From contig CAVAXH010000001.1 of the NCBI GenBank assembly GCA_963592505.1, positions 1 through 63,270 on the forward strand: DNA of 63,270 nucleotides, read 5' to 3'. A model generated the notes under the pieces. The model saw nothing but the letters and a program-made list of their open reading frames with translations, was not told the DNA's origin and did no database searches. The DNA comes from Bacteroidaceae bacterium (lineage in GTDB: Bacteria > Bacteroidota > Bacteroidia > Bacteroidales > Bacteroidaceae). The position numbers and the translations under genes are program-made. This document shows positions 47,417 through 58,600 of the stretch, in pieces (positions within the stretch are counted from its first letter, which is position 1; each line of letters opens with the position of its first letter).

Positions 47417-48709
47417 ATGAACATAAAGATATCCAACATATTCAAGGGCGACAAGACCATCTGGATGGTGTTTTTCTTCCTTTGCATCATCAGCATCGTG
47501 GAGGTGTTCTCTGCCTCCTCGGAGCTGACATACAAAGGCGGCAACTACCTCGCACCCATCTTCAAGCACGTCATCATCCTCGCATTCGCGTTTGCATGCA
47601 TGGTCTTCACGCTCAACATCAACTGCAGATACTTCAAGATCCTCACGCCCCTGATGATCGTCCTCTCGGCGGGATTCCTGCTACTGGTGTATATCATAGG
47701 ACAGGCCACCAACGGGGCAAGCCGATGGATTGACCTGGGCTTCTTCCAGTTTCAGCCGTCCGAACTGGCCAAAGGCACCATCGTGCTGGTGACGGCACAG
47801 ATCCTGAGCGCCATGCAGACCGACAAGGGGGCCGACCGCAAGGCCATGAAGTATATCATGTGGATGACGCTGCCGTTTATCGTCGTCATCGGCCTTGAGA
47901 ACCTGTCGACGGCGGCACTGCTCAGCGCGGTGGTGTTCTTCATGATGATCATCGGATGCGTGCCGTGGAAACAGATCGGACGACTGGTGCTGGTGGTGGT
48001 AGCCCTGCTGGTCATGGCCGTCACAGTGGTCATGACGTTGGGCGACGACACCCAGGCTGACGCCGCCACACAGAACCTCACCGAGCAGACCCTCGCCGAC
48101 GGACAGGTCGTCAGCACCGAGAAGCAGGCCGGACACCATGGTGCCCTGCACCGCCTCGACACATGGAAGTCGCGCATCGAACACTTCTTCGACTCCAAGG
48201 ATATTCCGCCCGAGGAGGTGGACCTCGACAAGGGCTCGCAGGAGGCACACGCCAAGATAGCCATCGCCACCTGCAACATCGTGGGCAAGATGCCGGGCAA
48301 CTCCGTGCAGCGCGACTTTCTGTCGCAGGCGTTCTCCGACTTCATCTATGCCATCATCATCGAGGAGATGGGACTGTGGGGAGGCTTTCTGGTGGCCTTC
48401 CTCTACATCGTGCTGCTCTTCCGCACAGGGCGCATAGCCAGCCAGTGTGAGAACAGCTACCCCGCGTTTCTCGCCATGGGACTGGCACTGCTGCTGGTGG
48501 TGCAGGCGCTGTTCAACATGTGTGTGGCCGTCGGTCTGGTGCCCGTCACCGGACAGCCGCTGCCAATGATCAGCAAGGGCGGCACGTCGACCATCGTCAG
48601 CTGCATATACATCGGCATCATACTCAGCGTGAGCCGCACGGCCAAGAGGAAAGAGAACATCGACAGAAAGAGACGGCCGGCAACGGTGGCCGCGGAGGCC
48701 AGCGAGTAG
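47417..48709 (+). CDS. ftsW: SEDS family peptidoglycan polymerase FtsW
   Basis: GASRW, FQPSELAK, SDFIYAIIIEE, PVTGQPLPMISKGGTS. Confidence 0.95.
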   Translation: MNIKISNIFKGDKTIWMVFFFLCIISIVEVFSASSELTYKGGNYLAPIFKHVIILAFAFACMVFTLNINCRYFKILTPLMIVLSAGFLLLVYIIGQATNGASRWIDLGFFQFQPSELAKGTIVLVTAQILSAMQTDKGADRKAMKYIMWMTLPFIVVIGLENLSTAALLSAVVFFMMIIGCVPWKQIGRLVLVVVALLVMAVTVVMTLGDDTQADAATQNLTEQTLADGQVVSTEKQAGHHGALHRLDTWKSRIEHFFDSKDIPPEEVDLDKGSQEAHAKIAIATCNIVGKMPGNSVQRDFLSQAFSDFIYAIIIEEMGLWGGFLVAFLYIVLLFRTGRIASQCENSYPAFLAMGLALLLVVQALFNMCVAVGLVPVTGQPLPMISKGGTSTIVSCIYIGIILSVSRTAKRKENIDRKRRPATVAAEASE

Positions 48710-48828
48710 ACCTGTCACCGGCAGGGCCTGCCGGCTCGCCGTGCTGGCCGGCGGAGGCTGGCAAAGAAAAAGAATTGAAAATAGCCAAAAGTGCAAATTA
48801 TTGATTACTTTTGCAAAAACTACCAATT

Positions 48829-49941
48829 ATGGAAAAGGATCTGAGAATCATCATCAGCGGAGGAGGTACAGGAGGACACATCTTCCCGGCTATATCCATC
48901 GCCAACGCCATCAAGGCCAAGCACCCCAATGCAGAGATACTGTTTGTCGGTGCACTCGGCAGAATGGAGATGCAGCGGGTGCCGGCAGCAGGCTACGACA
49001 TCAAGGGACTGCCCATCTGCGGCTTCGACCGCAAGCACCTGCTGAAGAACATTGCCGTGCTGTTCAAGATTTGGAAGAGCCAATACATAGCCCGCAAGAT
49101 CGTGAGCCAGTTCAAGCCCATGGCGGCCGTCGGCGTGGGCGGATATGCCAGCGGACCCACACTCAACGTGTGCGCCGGCCGCGGCATTCCGTGCCTCATA
49201 CAGGAGCAGAACAGCTATGCCGGCGTGACCAACAAGATCCTGGCCAAGAAAGCCGCAAAGATCTGCGTGGCCTACGACGGCATGGAGCGCTTCTTCCCCG
49301 CCGACAGGATCGTGAAGACCGGCAACCCCGTCAGACAAAACGTCATCGACAACACCATGACGAAGGAGGAGGCCCGAAAGGCGTTCGGCCTCGACCCCAA
49401 CAAGAAGACCATCCTGCTGGTGGGCGGCAGCCTCGGCGCACGCACCGTCAACGAGAGCATGCGCCAGCATCTCGCGGAGGTGAAGGCGGCCGACGTGCAG
49501 TTTATCTGGCAGACCGGAAAATACTATAACGAGGAGATGAACCGCGCCGTGAAGGAGTTTGGCAGCATCGACAACCTGAAGGTGCTCGACTTCATCAGCG
49601 ACATGGGCGCTGCCTACAAGGCCGCCGACCTCGTCATCAGCCGCGCCGGAGCCAGCTCAATCAGCGAGTTCTGCCTCATCGGCAAGCCCGTCATCCTGGT
49701 GCCGAGCCCCAATGTGGCCGAAGACCACCAGACCAAGAACGCCATGGCGCTCGTCAACAAGGATGCAGCCATCTACGTGAAGGATGCCGACGCTCCCGAC
49801 ACACTGCTCAAGACTGCCCTCGCCACGGCGGCCGACGATGACAAACTGGCTTCGCTCAGCGAAAACATCCTGAAGCTCGGACTGAGAGACTCGGCCGACA
49901 TCATTGCCGACGAGGTGGTGAAGCTGGCGTGGAACAATTAA
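48829..49941 (+). CDS. murG: Lipid II GlcNAc transferase
   Basis: GGGTGGHIFP, GGYASGP, EQNS, GNPVR, GGSLGA, SRAGAS, HQTKNA. Confidence 0.97.
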   Translation: MEKDLRIIISGGGTGGHIFPAISIANAIKAKHPNAEILFVGALGRMEMQRVPAAGYDIKGLPICGFDRKHLLKNIAVLFKIWKSQYIARKIVSQFKPMAAVGVGGYASGPTLNVCAGRGIPCLIQEQNSYAGVTNKILAKKAAKICVAYDGMERFFPADRIVKTGNPVRQNVIDNTMTKEEARKAFGLDPNKKTILLVGGSLGARTVNESMRQHLAEVKAADVQFIWQTGKYYNEEMNRAVKEFGSIDNLKVLDFISDMGAAYKAADLVISRAGASSISEFCLIGKPVILVPSPNVAEDHQTKNAMALVNKDAAIYVKDADAPDTLLKTALATAADDDKLASLSENILKLGLRDSADIIADEVVKLAWNN

Positions 49942-49958
49942 GCGACAAACAAAACACT

Positions 49959-51338
49959 ATGGAACTGAAAGACATAAAGGCCGTCTACTTCATCGGAGCA
50001 GGCGGCATCGGCATGAGCGCCATCGCACGCTATTTCATCCACCGCGGGGTGGTGGTGGCCGGATACGACCGCACGCCCTCGGAGCTGACACGCCGACTGG
50101 AGAAGGAGGGCATGCTGATACACTATGAGGAGAACATCGACGAGATTCCGCACGCCTGCCGCGACAAGGCGTCGTGCCTCGTGGTGTACACGCCGGCAAT
50201 ACCTGCCGACCACAAGGAGCTGCTGTTCTTCCGCGAGGGTGGCTTCGAGATAGAGAAGCGCGCACAGGTGCTGGGCACGCTGACACGCACACACAAGGGA
50301 CTGTGCTTTGCCGGCACACACGGCAAGACCACCACGTCGACCATGTGCGCACACATCATGCACCAGAGCCATGCCGACTGCAACGCATTCCTCGGTGGCA
50401 TATCGAAAAACTACGGCACCAACTACATCCTCTCCGACACGAGCGACTATGTGGTCATCGAGGCCGACGAGTTCGACCGCTCGTTCCACTGGCTGCGCCC
50501 GTGGATGAGCGTCATCACCTCCACCGACCCCGACCATCTCGACATCTACGGCACCAAGGAGGCTTATCTTGAGAGCTTCCGCCACTACACCGAGCTCATC
50601 CTGCCGGGAGGAGCACTCGTCATACACACCGACCTGGAGATGGAGGCTCATGTGCAGGACGGCGTGAAGACCTACACCTACAGCCGCGACAAAGGCGACT
50701 TCCATGCCGAGAACATCCGCATCGAGGACGGCGAAATCACGTTCGACCTGGTGTCGCCGGTAGAGAACGTGGAGAACATCCGGCTCGGACAGCCCATCCC
50801 CATCAACATCGAGAACGGCGTGGCAGCCATGGCCCTGGCACAGCTCAACGGCTGCACACCGCAGGAACTGCGCTACGGCATGGAGACCTACCACGGTGTG
50901 GACCGTCGCTTCGACTTCAAGATCCGCAACAGCCGCCACGTGCTGCTCTCCGACTATGCCCATCACCCCAAGGAGATCCTGCAGAGCGCCAAGAGCCTGA
51001 AGGAGATCTATCCCGACCGGAAGATCACCGTCATCTTCCAGCCGCACCTCTACACCCGCACCCGCGACTTCTACATGGATTTTGCCGATGCGCTCAGCCA
51101 CTTCGACGAGGTCATCCTCACCGAGATCTACCCCGCACGCGAAAAGCCCATACCCGGCGTCACGTCGGACATCATCTACGACAACCTCAAGCCGGGCGTG
51201 GAGAAGAGCAAGATCATGAAAGACGATGTGCTGCAACTGGTGAAGCAGCGCGACTTCGACGTGCTCATCACGCTCGGGGCCGGCGACCTCGACAACTATG
51301 TGCCGCAGATAGCCAAGATCATAGACAGCAAAGACTAA
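49959..51338 (+). CDS. murC: UDP-MurNAc L-alanine ligase
   Basis: GAGGIGMSA, AGTHGKTTTS, EADEFD, DYAHHP, FQPH.YTRT. Confidence 0.97.
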   Translation: MELKDIKAVYFIGAGGIGMSAIARYFIHRGVVVAGYDRTPSELTRRLEKEGMLIHYEENIDEIPHACRDKASCLVVYTPAIPADHKELLFFREGGFEIEKRAQVLGTLTRTHKGLCFAGTHGKTTTSTMCAHIMHQSHADCNAFLGGISKNYGTNYILSDTSDYVVIEADEFDRSFHWLRPWMSVITSTDPDHLDIYGTKEAYLESFRHYTELILPGGALVIHTDLEMEAHVQDGVKTYTYSRDKGDFHAENIRIEDGEITFDLVSPVENVENIRLGQPIPINIENGVAAMALAQLNGCTPQELRYGMETYHGVDRRFDFKIRNSRHVLLSDYAHHPKEILQSAKSLKEIYPDRKITVIFQPHLYTRTRDFYMDFADALSHFDEVILTEIYPAREKPIPGVTSDIIYDNLKPGVEKSKIMKDDVLQLVKQRDFDVLITLGAGDLDNYVPQIAKIIDSKD

Positions 51339-51378
51339 GCGACCCGACACCGGACCGACCACAACACACAGACCCTGT

Positions 51379-52173
51379 ATGCGATTCAACTGGAAAAAGA
51401 CCCTTCTCATCACCATCGATGTGGCCCTCGGCACATACATCGCCATGGCTTTCACCTCTTTCAACAAACCGAGAGAGGAGACACCGGTGTGCAAACGGGT
51501 GAGCATCGACATCCAGGACGAGACGGCCAACGGCTTCATCAATGCCACAGAGATAACGAAGCGGCTGAAGAAGAGCGACATATACCCGCTCAACAGACGC
51601 ATGCACGACATCAATGTCCGCACCATCGAGGAGACGCTCCAGCAGAGCCCGTTCGTGAAGACCACACAGTGCTACAAGACACAGGACGGCACCGTGCACA
51701 TCTATCTCACCCAACGCATGCCCACGCTGCGCATCAAGGCGGTAAACGGCGACGACTACTATCTCGACGACGACAACCGCATCATGCCCAACTCCCACTA
51801 CACCAGCGACCTCATCATCGCCACCGGATACGTCAGCAAGTGGTTTGCACGCAACTATGTGGCGCATGTGGGAAGCACGCTGATGGCCAGCAACTTCTGG
51901 AAGAACCAGATCGTGCAGATCAACGTGCTGCCCGACCACGGCATAGAGCTCGTGCCACGCGTGGGCGACCACATCGTCTACATCGGCCAACTGCCGCAGA
52001 CCAGCAGCGCAGCCGACCGCAGCCGACTGGTGACCGACTATGTGAACACGAAGCTCGACCGGCTGAAGAAGTTCTACAAATACGGCATGTCACAAACCGG
52101 ATGGAACAGATACTCCTATATCAACGTGGAGTTTGACAATCAGATAATTTGCAAAAAACGAAACACGAATTGA
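51379..52173 (+). CDS. ftsQ: Cell division protein FtsQ
   Basis: N-terminal TM and POTRA-like region; position between murC and ftsA. Confidence 0.8.
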   Translation: MRFNWKKTLLITIDVALGTYIAMAFTSFNKPREETPVCKRVSIDIQDETANGFINATEITKRLKKSDIYPLNRRMHDINVRTIEETLQQSPFVKTTQCYKTQDGTVHIYLTQRMPTLRIKAVNGDDYYLDDDNRIMPNSHYTSDLIIATGYVSKWFARNYVAHVGSTLMASNFWKNQIVQINVLPDHGIELVPRVGDHIVYIGQLPQTSSAADRSRLVTDYVNTKLDRLKKFYKYGMSQTGWNRYSYINVEFDNQIICKKRNTN

Positions 52174-52191
52174 CAATCATCATAAAGAAAT

Positions 52192-53640
52192 ATGGCAGAA
52201 TTTATAGTAGCAATTGAACTGGGTTCATCGAAGATCACGGGTATTGCCGGAAAGAAGAATCTCGACGGCAGCATCAACGTGCTGGCTGTGGTAAAGGAAG
52301 AGGCCACCGCATGCATACGCAAAGGTGTGGCCTACAACATCGACAAGACGGTGCAGGCCCTCACCAACATCGTGGCAAAACTGGAACGGACACTGAAGAC
52401 CAAGATCGCACAGGTCTATGTCGGCGTGGGCGGACAGTCGATACGCAGCGTGAAGAACACCAACGTCAAGGAACTGCCCAACAACACCATCATCACGCAA
52501 GACATCATCAACGAGCTGATGGATGCCAACCGCAGCATGCAATACCCCGACCTCGAAATCCTCGACGCCGCCACACAGGAGTATAAGGTCGACAACCAAT
52601 ACCAGATAGACCCCGTGGGCATACAGTGCTCAAGGATAGAGGGCAACTTCATCAACATCCTCTGGCGCAAGTCGTTCTACCGCAACATCAACAAGTGTTT
52701 CGACAATGCCGGCCTGGCCATAGCCGAGATGTACCTGTCGCCGCTGGCACTGGCCGACAGCGTGCTCACCGATGCCGAGAAGCGCGGCGGATGCGTGCTC
52801 GTCGACCTGGGAGCAGGCACCACCACCGTGGCCGTCTACAGCAAGAACATCCTGCGCAACCTCACCGTCATACCGCTCGGCAGCAACAACATCACCCGCG
52901 ACATCGCCTCGCTGCAGATGGAGGAGAAGGATGCCGAGCAGATGAAGCTCAAGTATGCCTCGGCCTATACCGACAGCAACGACATCGACTCTGCCCGCCA
53001 CTACCCCATCGACAACGAGCGCACGGTGGACGAGCGCCGCTTCGTGGACATCGTCGAAGCACGTGTGCAGGAGATCGTGGAGAACGTGTGGTGCCAGGTG
53101 CCGGCCGAATATGCCGACAAGCTGCTGGGCGGCATCATCCTCACCGGCGGCGGCGCCAACATGAAGAACATCGAGCGCGCATTCCGCAGCCACACACACA
53201 TCGACAAGATCAGAGTGGCCAAGTTTGTGTCGCACACCATCAACTCCAGCAGTCCGGCCATCAACGCCAAGGACGGCACGATGTGCACCATCCTCGGCCT
53301 GTTGGCCAAGGGCGACATGAACTGCGCAGGCAGTCCGATCACCACCGACCTCTTCGGTGAGGGCAACGGCGAGACCGCACAGGGTCCCCGCAAGCCAAAG
53401 ACCGGCGAGACCACGGGCACCGGCACCGGCAAGGTGCTGACCGAAGCCGAGAAAGCGGCCGAGGAGGCTGCACGCGAAGCTGCACGCAAGGCGGCTGAAG
53501 AGAAGGAGCGCGAGGCTGCAGAAGCCGCACGCAAGGCTGCCGAGGAGGAACGCCGCAAAAAGCGCGAGAACTCGGTCGTGCACAAGACCATGACGTCCAT
53601 AAAGCGCTTCTTCACCAAAATGGTGGAAGAGGAGGAATAG
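52192..53640 (+). CDS. ftsA: Cell division protein FtsA
   Basis: IELGSSKI, VDLGAGTT, ILTGGGA; charged linker and C-terminal amphipathic helix. Confidence 0.95.
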   Translation: MAEFIVAIELGSSKITGIAGKKNLDGSINVLAVVKEEATACIRKGVAYNIDKTVQALTNIVAKLERTLKTKIAQVYVGVGGQSIRSVKNTNVKELPNNTIITQDIINELMDANRSMQYPDLEILDAATQEYKVDNQYQIDPVGIQCSRIEGNFINILWRKSFYRNINKCFDNAGLAIAEMYLSPLALADSVLTDAEKRGGCVLVDLGAGTTTVAVYSKNILRNLTVIPLGSNNITRDIASLQMEEKDAEQMKLKYASAYTDSNDIDSARHYPIDNERTVDERRFVDIVEARVQEIVENVWCQVPAEYADKLLGGIILTGGGANMKNIERAFRSHTHIDKIRVAKFVSHTINSSSPAINAKDGTMCTILGLLAKGDMNCAGSPITTDLFGEGNGETAQGPRKPKTGETTGTGTGKVLTEAEKAAEEAAREAARKAAEEKEREAAEAARKAAEEERRKKRENSVVHKTMTSIKRFFTKMVEEEE

Positions 53641-53709
53641 TCACCGGCGACAGCAAGACCATAAAAAACAAGACCAACCAGCATACACACGACAAACAGC
53701 AAGACCAAC

Positions 53710-55065
53710 ATGGCAGACAAAGATAACAACCAGCAGACAACGGCGACCAACCGCCCCTCGATCCTCGATTTCGGTGAGCCCGACAAGGACAACAGCATCA
53801 TCAAAGTGATTGGCGTGGGCGGCGGAGGCGGCAATGCCGTGAACCACATGTACCGCGAAGGCATACACGACGTGTCGTTTGTGCTCTGCAACACCGATGC
53901 CCAGGCGCTCAACGACAGTCCGGTGCCCGTGCATCTGCAGCTCGGCAAGGAGGGACTCGGTGCCGGCAACCGCCCGCAAAGGGCCCGCCAGGCTGCCGAG
54001 GAGAGCAAGGACGACATCAAACGCATGCTCGACGACGGCACACGCATGACATTCATCACTGCCGGCATGGGCGGCGGCACGGGTACCGGTGCCGCACCGG
54101 TCATCGCCGAGGTGAGCAAGGACATGGGCATACTGACGGTGGGCATCGTCACCATCCCCTTCCGCTTCGAAGGCGCCAAGAAGATCGACCAGGCGCTCGA
54201 CGGCGTGGAGGAGATGGCCAAGCATGTCGACGCGCTGCTCGTCATCAACAACGAACGCCTGCGCGAGATATACCCCGAGCTCAACGTCCTCGACGCCTTC
54301 GGCAAGGCCGACGACACGCTCAGCGTGGCCGCCAAGAGCATCGCTGAGATCATCACCACACACGGACTGATAAACCTCGACTTCAACGACGTGAAGACGG
54401 TGCTCAAAGACGGTGGCGTGGCCATCATGAGCACAGGCTACGGCGAGGGCGAAGGCCGCGTGAAGAAAGCCATCGACGACGCCCTCAACTCACCGTTGCT
54501 CAACGACAACGACGTGTTCAACTCCAAGAAGATACTGCTCTCCATCGCCTTCTCCAACGGCAAGAACGACGACCACTCGGGCCTCATGATGGAGGAGATG
54601 AACGATGTCAACGACTTCATGGCACAGTTTGGCGGCAACTTCGAGATCAAGTGGGGTATAGCCCTCGACCCGGAACTGGGCAAGAAGGTGAAGGTCACCA
54701 TTCTCGCCACCGGCTTCGGCATAGAGGACGTGGAGCCCACAGAGCGCCACACGCACCGCACCATAGAGGAGCTCAACCAAAAGGCCAAGGAAGAGGAGGA
54801 AGAGGTCAACAGGCAGGACCGCCGCAACCGCTACTACGGCAACGACATCGAGAACCCGAAGTACAAGCGCCGTCCGCACATCTACATCTTCAGCCAGAAC
54901 GACCTCGACAACGAAGACGTCATTCTCTCCGTGGAAGACACGCCCACCTACAAGCGCACACGGCAGATGCTCGAAGACATCAGCGTGCAGGCCAACGGCG
55001 GCGAGACAAAGAAGGATGCCGATGAACAGCCCAACGAGGTGAAAGGCATCATCAGCTTCGCATAA
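53710..55065 (+). CDS. ftsZ: Cell division protein FtsZ
   Basis: IGVGGGGGNAV, AGMGGGTGTG tubulin signature, NLDFNDV. Confidence 0.98.
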   Translation: MADKDNNQQTTATNRPSILDFGEPDKDNSIIKVIGVGGGGGNAVNHMYREGIHDVSFVLCNTDAQALNDSPVPVHLQLGKEGLGAGNRPQRARQAAEESKDDIKRMLDDGTRMTFITAGMGGGTGTGAAPVIAEVSKDMGILTVGIVTIPFRFEGAKKIDQALDGVEEMAKHVDALLVINNERLREIYPELNVLDAFGKADDTLSVAAKSIAEIITTHGLINLDFNDVKTVLKDGGVAIMSTGYGEGEGRVKKAIDDALNSPLLNDNDVFNSKKILLSIAFSNGKNDDHSGLMMEEMNDVNDFMAQFGGNFEIKWGIALDPELGKKVKVTILATGFGIEDVEPTERHTHRTIEELNQKAKEEEEEVNRQDRRNRYYGNDIENPKYKRRPHIYIFSQNDLDNEDVILSVEDTPTYKRTRQMLEDISVQANGGETKKDADEQPNEVKGIISFA

Positions 55066-55117
55066 AGCGCGCCAGCACTGCAACATCAGTAAAGCACCCC
55101 CCCACTCCACTAACAAT

Positions 55118-55167
55118 AAAGCCACCGCATGCAACCCTTCATCATAAGGGCCACATGCGGTGGCTTT
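55118..55167. terminator. Probable (bidirectional) terminator after ftsZ
   Basis: AAAGCCACCGCATG / CATGCGGTGGCTTT 14-bp perfect arms. Confidence 0.8.
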
Positions 55168-55358
55168 CTGTTTCACGGTCTGGTTACCGCAAACTGTCTC
55201 ACGGCCTGTCATGCATGTGTTAACAAAGGTTTAGCACACCTCCACGCGGCATTCTATCATTATGCGTGTTTTTTGCTTGATATTTGTTACTAAAACCCGT
55301 CAAAATTACCCCGTTCGTTATAAAAAGTGCGCTTTGTAATACATTTTTTACCAAAACA

Positions 55359-55390
55359 TTTGGTGTAATACTAAAAAGTCTTTAATTTTG
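55359..55390 (+). promoter_or_regulatory. Sigma-A promoter for the susC locus
   Basis: TTTG (55359-55362)-N20-TAATTTTG (55383-55390), consensus spacing. Confidence 0.75.
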
Positions 55391-55653
55391 CACCAAAATG
55401 AAAATTTCATTAAAATTATGCTAAGGTTTAGCGTTGCAAAACACCACTCTCAAGGCATGCCAAGATAACATTACATACCCATATATATAAATAGGAAGGT
55501 GCCCCTGTCCACCTCGTGGCGCGAGGTGGATGCGCAAGGCAGCAAGCCGCGGGCTGTAGCCGTCAGGAGGCGGCCGCAGGCGTCCACCGTCATGATAAGA
55601 ACACAGAAGGAATAACAAACATTATATAACAATAACATTAAGAGAGAGAATTT

Positions 55654-58600
55654 ATGGTTAAAAGACTTTCAATGATTTTGGCCGGCCTTTTCCTTTCTAT
55701 AGGAATAGCGTTGGCACAGTCACAGGTCACCGGTACCGTCACTGACGAGAATGGTGAGCCTGTCGCCGGCGCTGGCGTGAAGGTTGTGGGTACCAAGATG
55801 GGTACGGCAACCAACAGCGACGGTCATTTCAGTCTGTCGGCTCCCGCCAACTCCACGCTCGAGATCACGTTTATCGGCATGGAGTCGAAGCGCGTGAAGG
55901 CCGGACGCAACTTGAACATTTCGCTTGTTCCCAACGACCAGACGCTCGACGAGGTGATGGTCGTGGCATACGGCACCGCCAAGAAGTCGGCCTTCACCGG
56001 TTCGGCAGCAGTGGTGAAAGCCGAGGACATCGGCAAGGTGCAGACCACCAACGCTGTGGAAGCCCTGAAGGGTAAGGTCAGCGGTGTGCAGCTCACCCAG
56101 TCGACGGGTCAGCCCGGCACCACCCCCACCATCCGCATCCGTGGTATCGGCTCCATCCGTGCTAGCAACACGCCGCTCTATGTGGTGGACGGCTCGCCCT
56201 TCGACGGCGACATCAACACCATCGCCCCGAGCGACATCGAGAGCATGACCGTGCTGAAGGAGGCTTCGGCCGCTGCCCTGTATGGTGCCCGTGGTGCCAA
56301 CGGTGTGGTGATCATCACCACCAAGAGCGGTGCCAACAAGGGCAACGCCAGCATCACGGTAGACGCCAAGTGGGGTTCCAACTCACGTCAGATGCCCAAC
56401 TACAACTACATCAGCAGTCCTGCCGGCTACTATGAGACCTGGTACAAGGGTCTTGAGAACTATGCCGTGAACACCTGGGGCTACAGCCAGGCACAGGCCA
56501 ACGCATGGGCCAACCAGAACATCACTGCCGACAACTCTTACGGTCTGGGCTACAACGTCTACACCGTACCCACAGGCCAGAACCTCATCGGCCTCAACGG
56601 CAAGCTCAACCCCAACGCCACGCTGGGCAGCTATGTCACCAACAACGGCACGACCTACTACATCACTCCCGACGACTGGACCGACGCCACCTACCGCAAC
56701 GCCCTGCGCCAGGAGTACACCGTGACCGCCACGGGAAGCACACAGAAGTCTAACTTCTATGCATCGGCCAACTACCTCGACATGAAGGGTATCACCGTGG
56801 GTTCGGAGTACAAGCGTTTCGCCAGCCGCCTGAAGGCCGACTACCAGATCAAGAAGTGGCTGAAGGTGGGCATGAACGTCAACTACACCCACTACGACCA
56901 GGACAACGTGTCGGGCGACGGTTCTTCAGGATCATCAGGCAACATGTTCTCGATGACCACCATGGCCCCCATCTATCCCCTCTATGTGCGCGACCAGAAC
57001 GGCAACATCATTCAGCACGAGGCTTCACACCGTCCTCTCTACGACTTCGGTGACGGCGAATACATCGGTCTGAACCGCCCGTTCCTCTCGCAGGCCAACC
57101 CGCTCTGCAACACCTACGTGGACACCAACAACACCAACGGCAACACCGTCAACGCCACGGGTACCATCGACATCGACCTGCCCTACGGCTTCCGTTTCAG
57201 CTCCACCAACAGCGCTTATGTTGACGAGTACCGCGGACAGAGCAGCACCAACCCCTGGTTTGGCCAGTATGCTTCATCCAACGGTATCGCATCGGTCAGC
57301 CACGGCCGCACATGGTCTTACAACTACCAGCAGCTGCTGAAGTGGCACCAGATCTACGGCAAGCACGACATCTCGGCCATGTTCGGTCATGAGTACTATC
57401 GTCGTCGCGGCTACAGCCTCGCCGGCACCAACAACGGCATGTTCTCCAACGACATCGTGGAGCTGAGCGCCGCCATCGCCACCAACGCCATCTCTACATC
57501 GTCGATGAGCGACTACAACACCGAGGGCTTCTTCGGCCAGGCTCAGTACAACTACGACAACAAGTATTTCGTGTCGGCATCTTACCGCCGCGATGCCTCT
57601 TCTTACTTCGATCCCGACCACCGCTGGGGTAACTTCTGGTCACTGGGTGGTGCATGGCTCATCAACAAGGAGGCATGGTTCGACGTGAACTGGATCGACG
57701 AGCTGAAGCTCAAGGCATCTTACGGTGAGCAGGGTAACGACAACATCGGTTACTACAACTACATCACCACCTACAGCATCGTCAACTCCAATGGTTCGCT
57801 GGCCCTCACACCGCGTCAGCTGGGTAACAGCAAGATCTCTTGGGAGAAGGGCGGCGAGTTCAACCTCGGTCTCGAGTTCTCGCTCTTCAAGAGCCGTCTG
57901 ACGGGTAGCGTGGAGTACTACTACCGCAAGACCAGCGACATGCTCTCATGGTTCTCGCTCCCTGCCAGCTTCGGTTTCACCGGCTACTATGACAACATCG
58001 GTGACATGCGCAACTCGGGTGTGGAGTTTGAGCTCCGCGGCGACATCATCAGCACCAAGGACCTCACATGGTCAGCCTATGCCAACATCACCACCAACAG
58101 CAACAAGATCCTCACTATCGCCGATGCCAACAAGACGATGGTGTGCGACGGCGTGGAGGGTTACCAGTCGGGCAACTACTACTATGGTGAAGGCAAGCCC
58201 ATCTACACATGGCACATGTACAAGTATGCAGGCGTAGACCAGGAGACTGGTGAGGCCCTCTACTACAAGAATGTCTATGAGAAGGAGAACGGCAACATCG
58301 TCTACTATGATGCCAACGGCAACAAGTGCCAGTCGACCGACAAGGGTGCACGCCCGAAGGTCATCGGCCAGGAGACCACCAACACCACTGCCGATGCCGA
58401 CATGTATCTCGTGGGCGAGGCCAGTGCCGATGCCTTCGGTGGATTCGGCACCAGCCTGTCATGGAAGGGCTTCGACCTGGGCATCGACTTCACCTATCAG
58501 CTTGGCGGTCTGTGCTACGACGGCGACTATGCAGCCTCTATGACTATGAGCCGCGGTCACGCCATGCACAGCGACATCCTGAATGCCTGGACTCCCAACA

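Noticed and set aside
514..55212. Many long antisense or alternative-frame ORFs (e.g. 1249-2490, 11846-13828, 25862-27673, 32073-33848, 49938-51665)
   Set aside because: Shadow ORFs expected from high GC at third codon positions, opposite well-supported genes, with no recognisable motifs
55495..55592. Cobalamin or TPP riboswitch upstream of the TonB-dependent receptor
   Set aside because: Hallmark motifs (GGGAA/B12 box; CUGAGA) are not recognisable; kept only as an unknown structured leader
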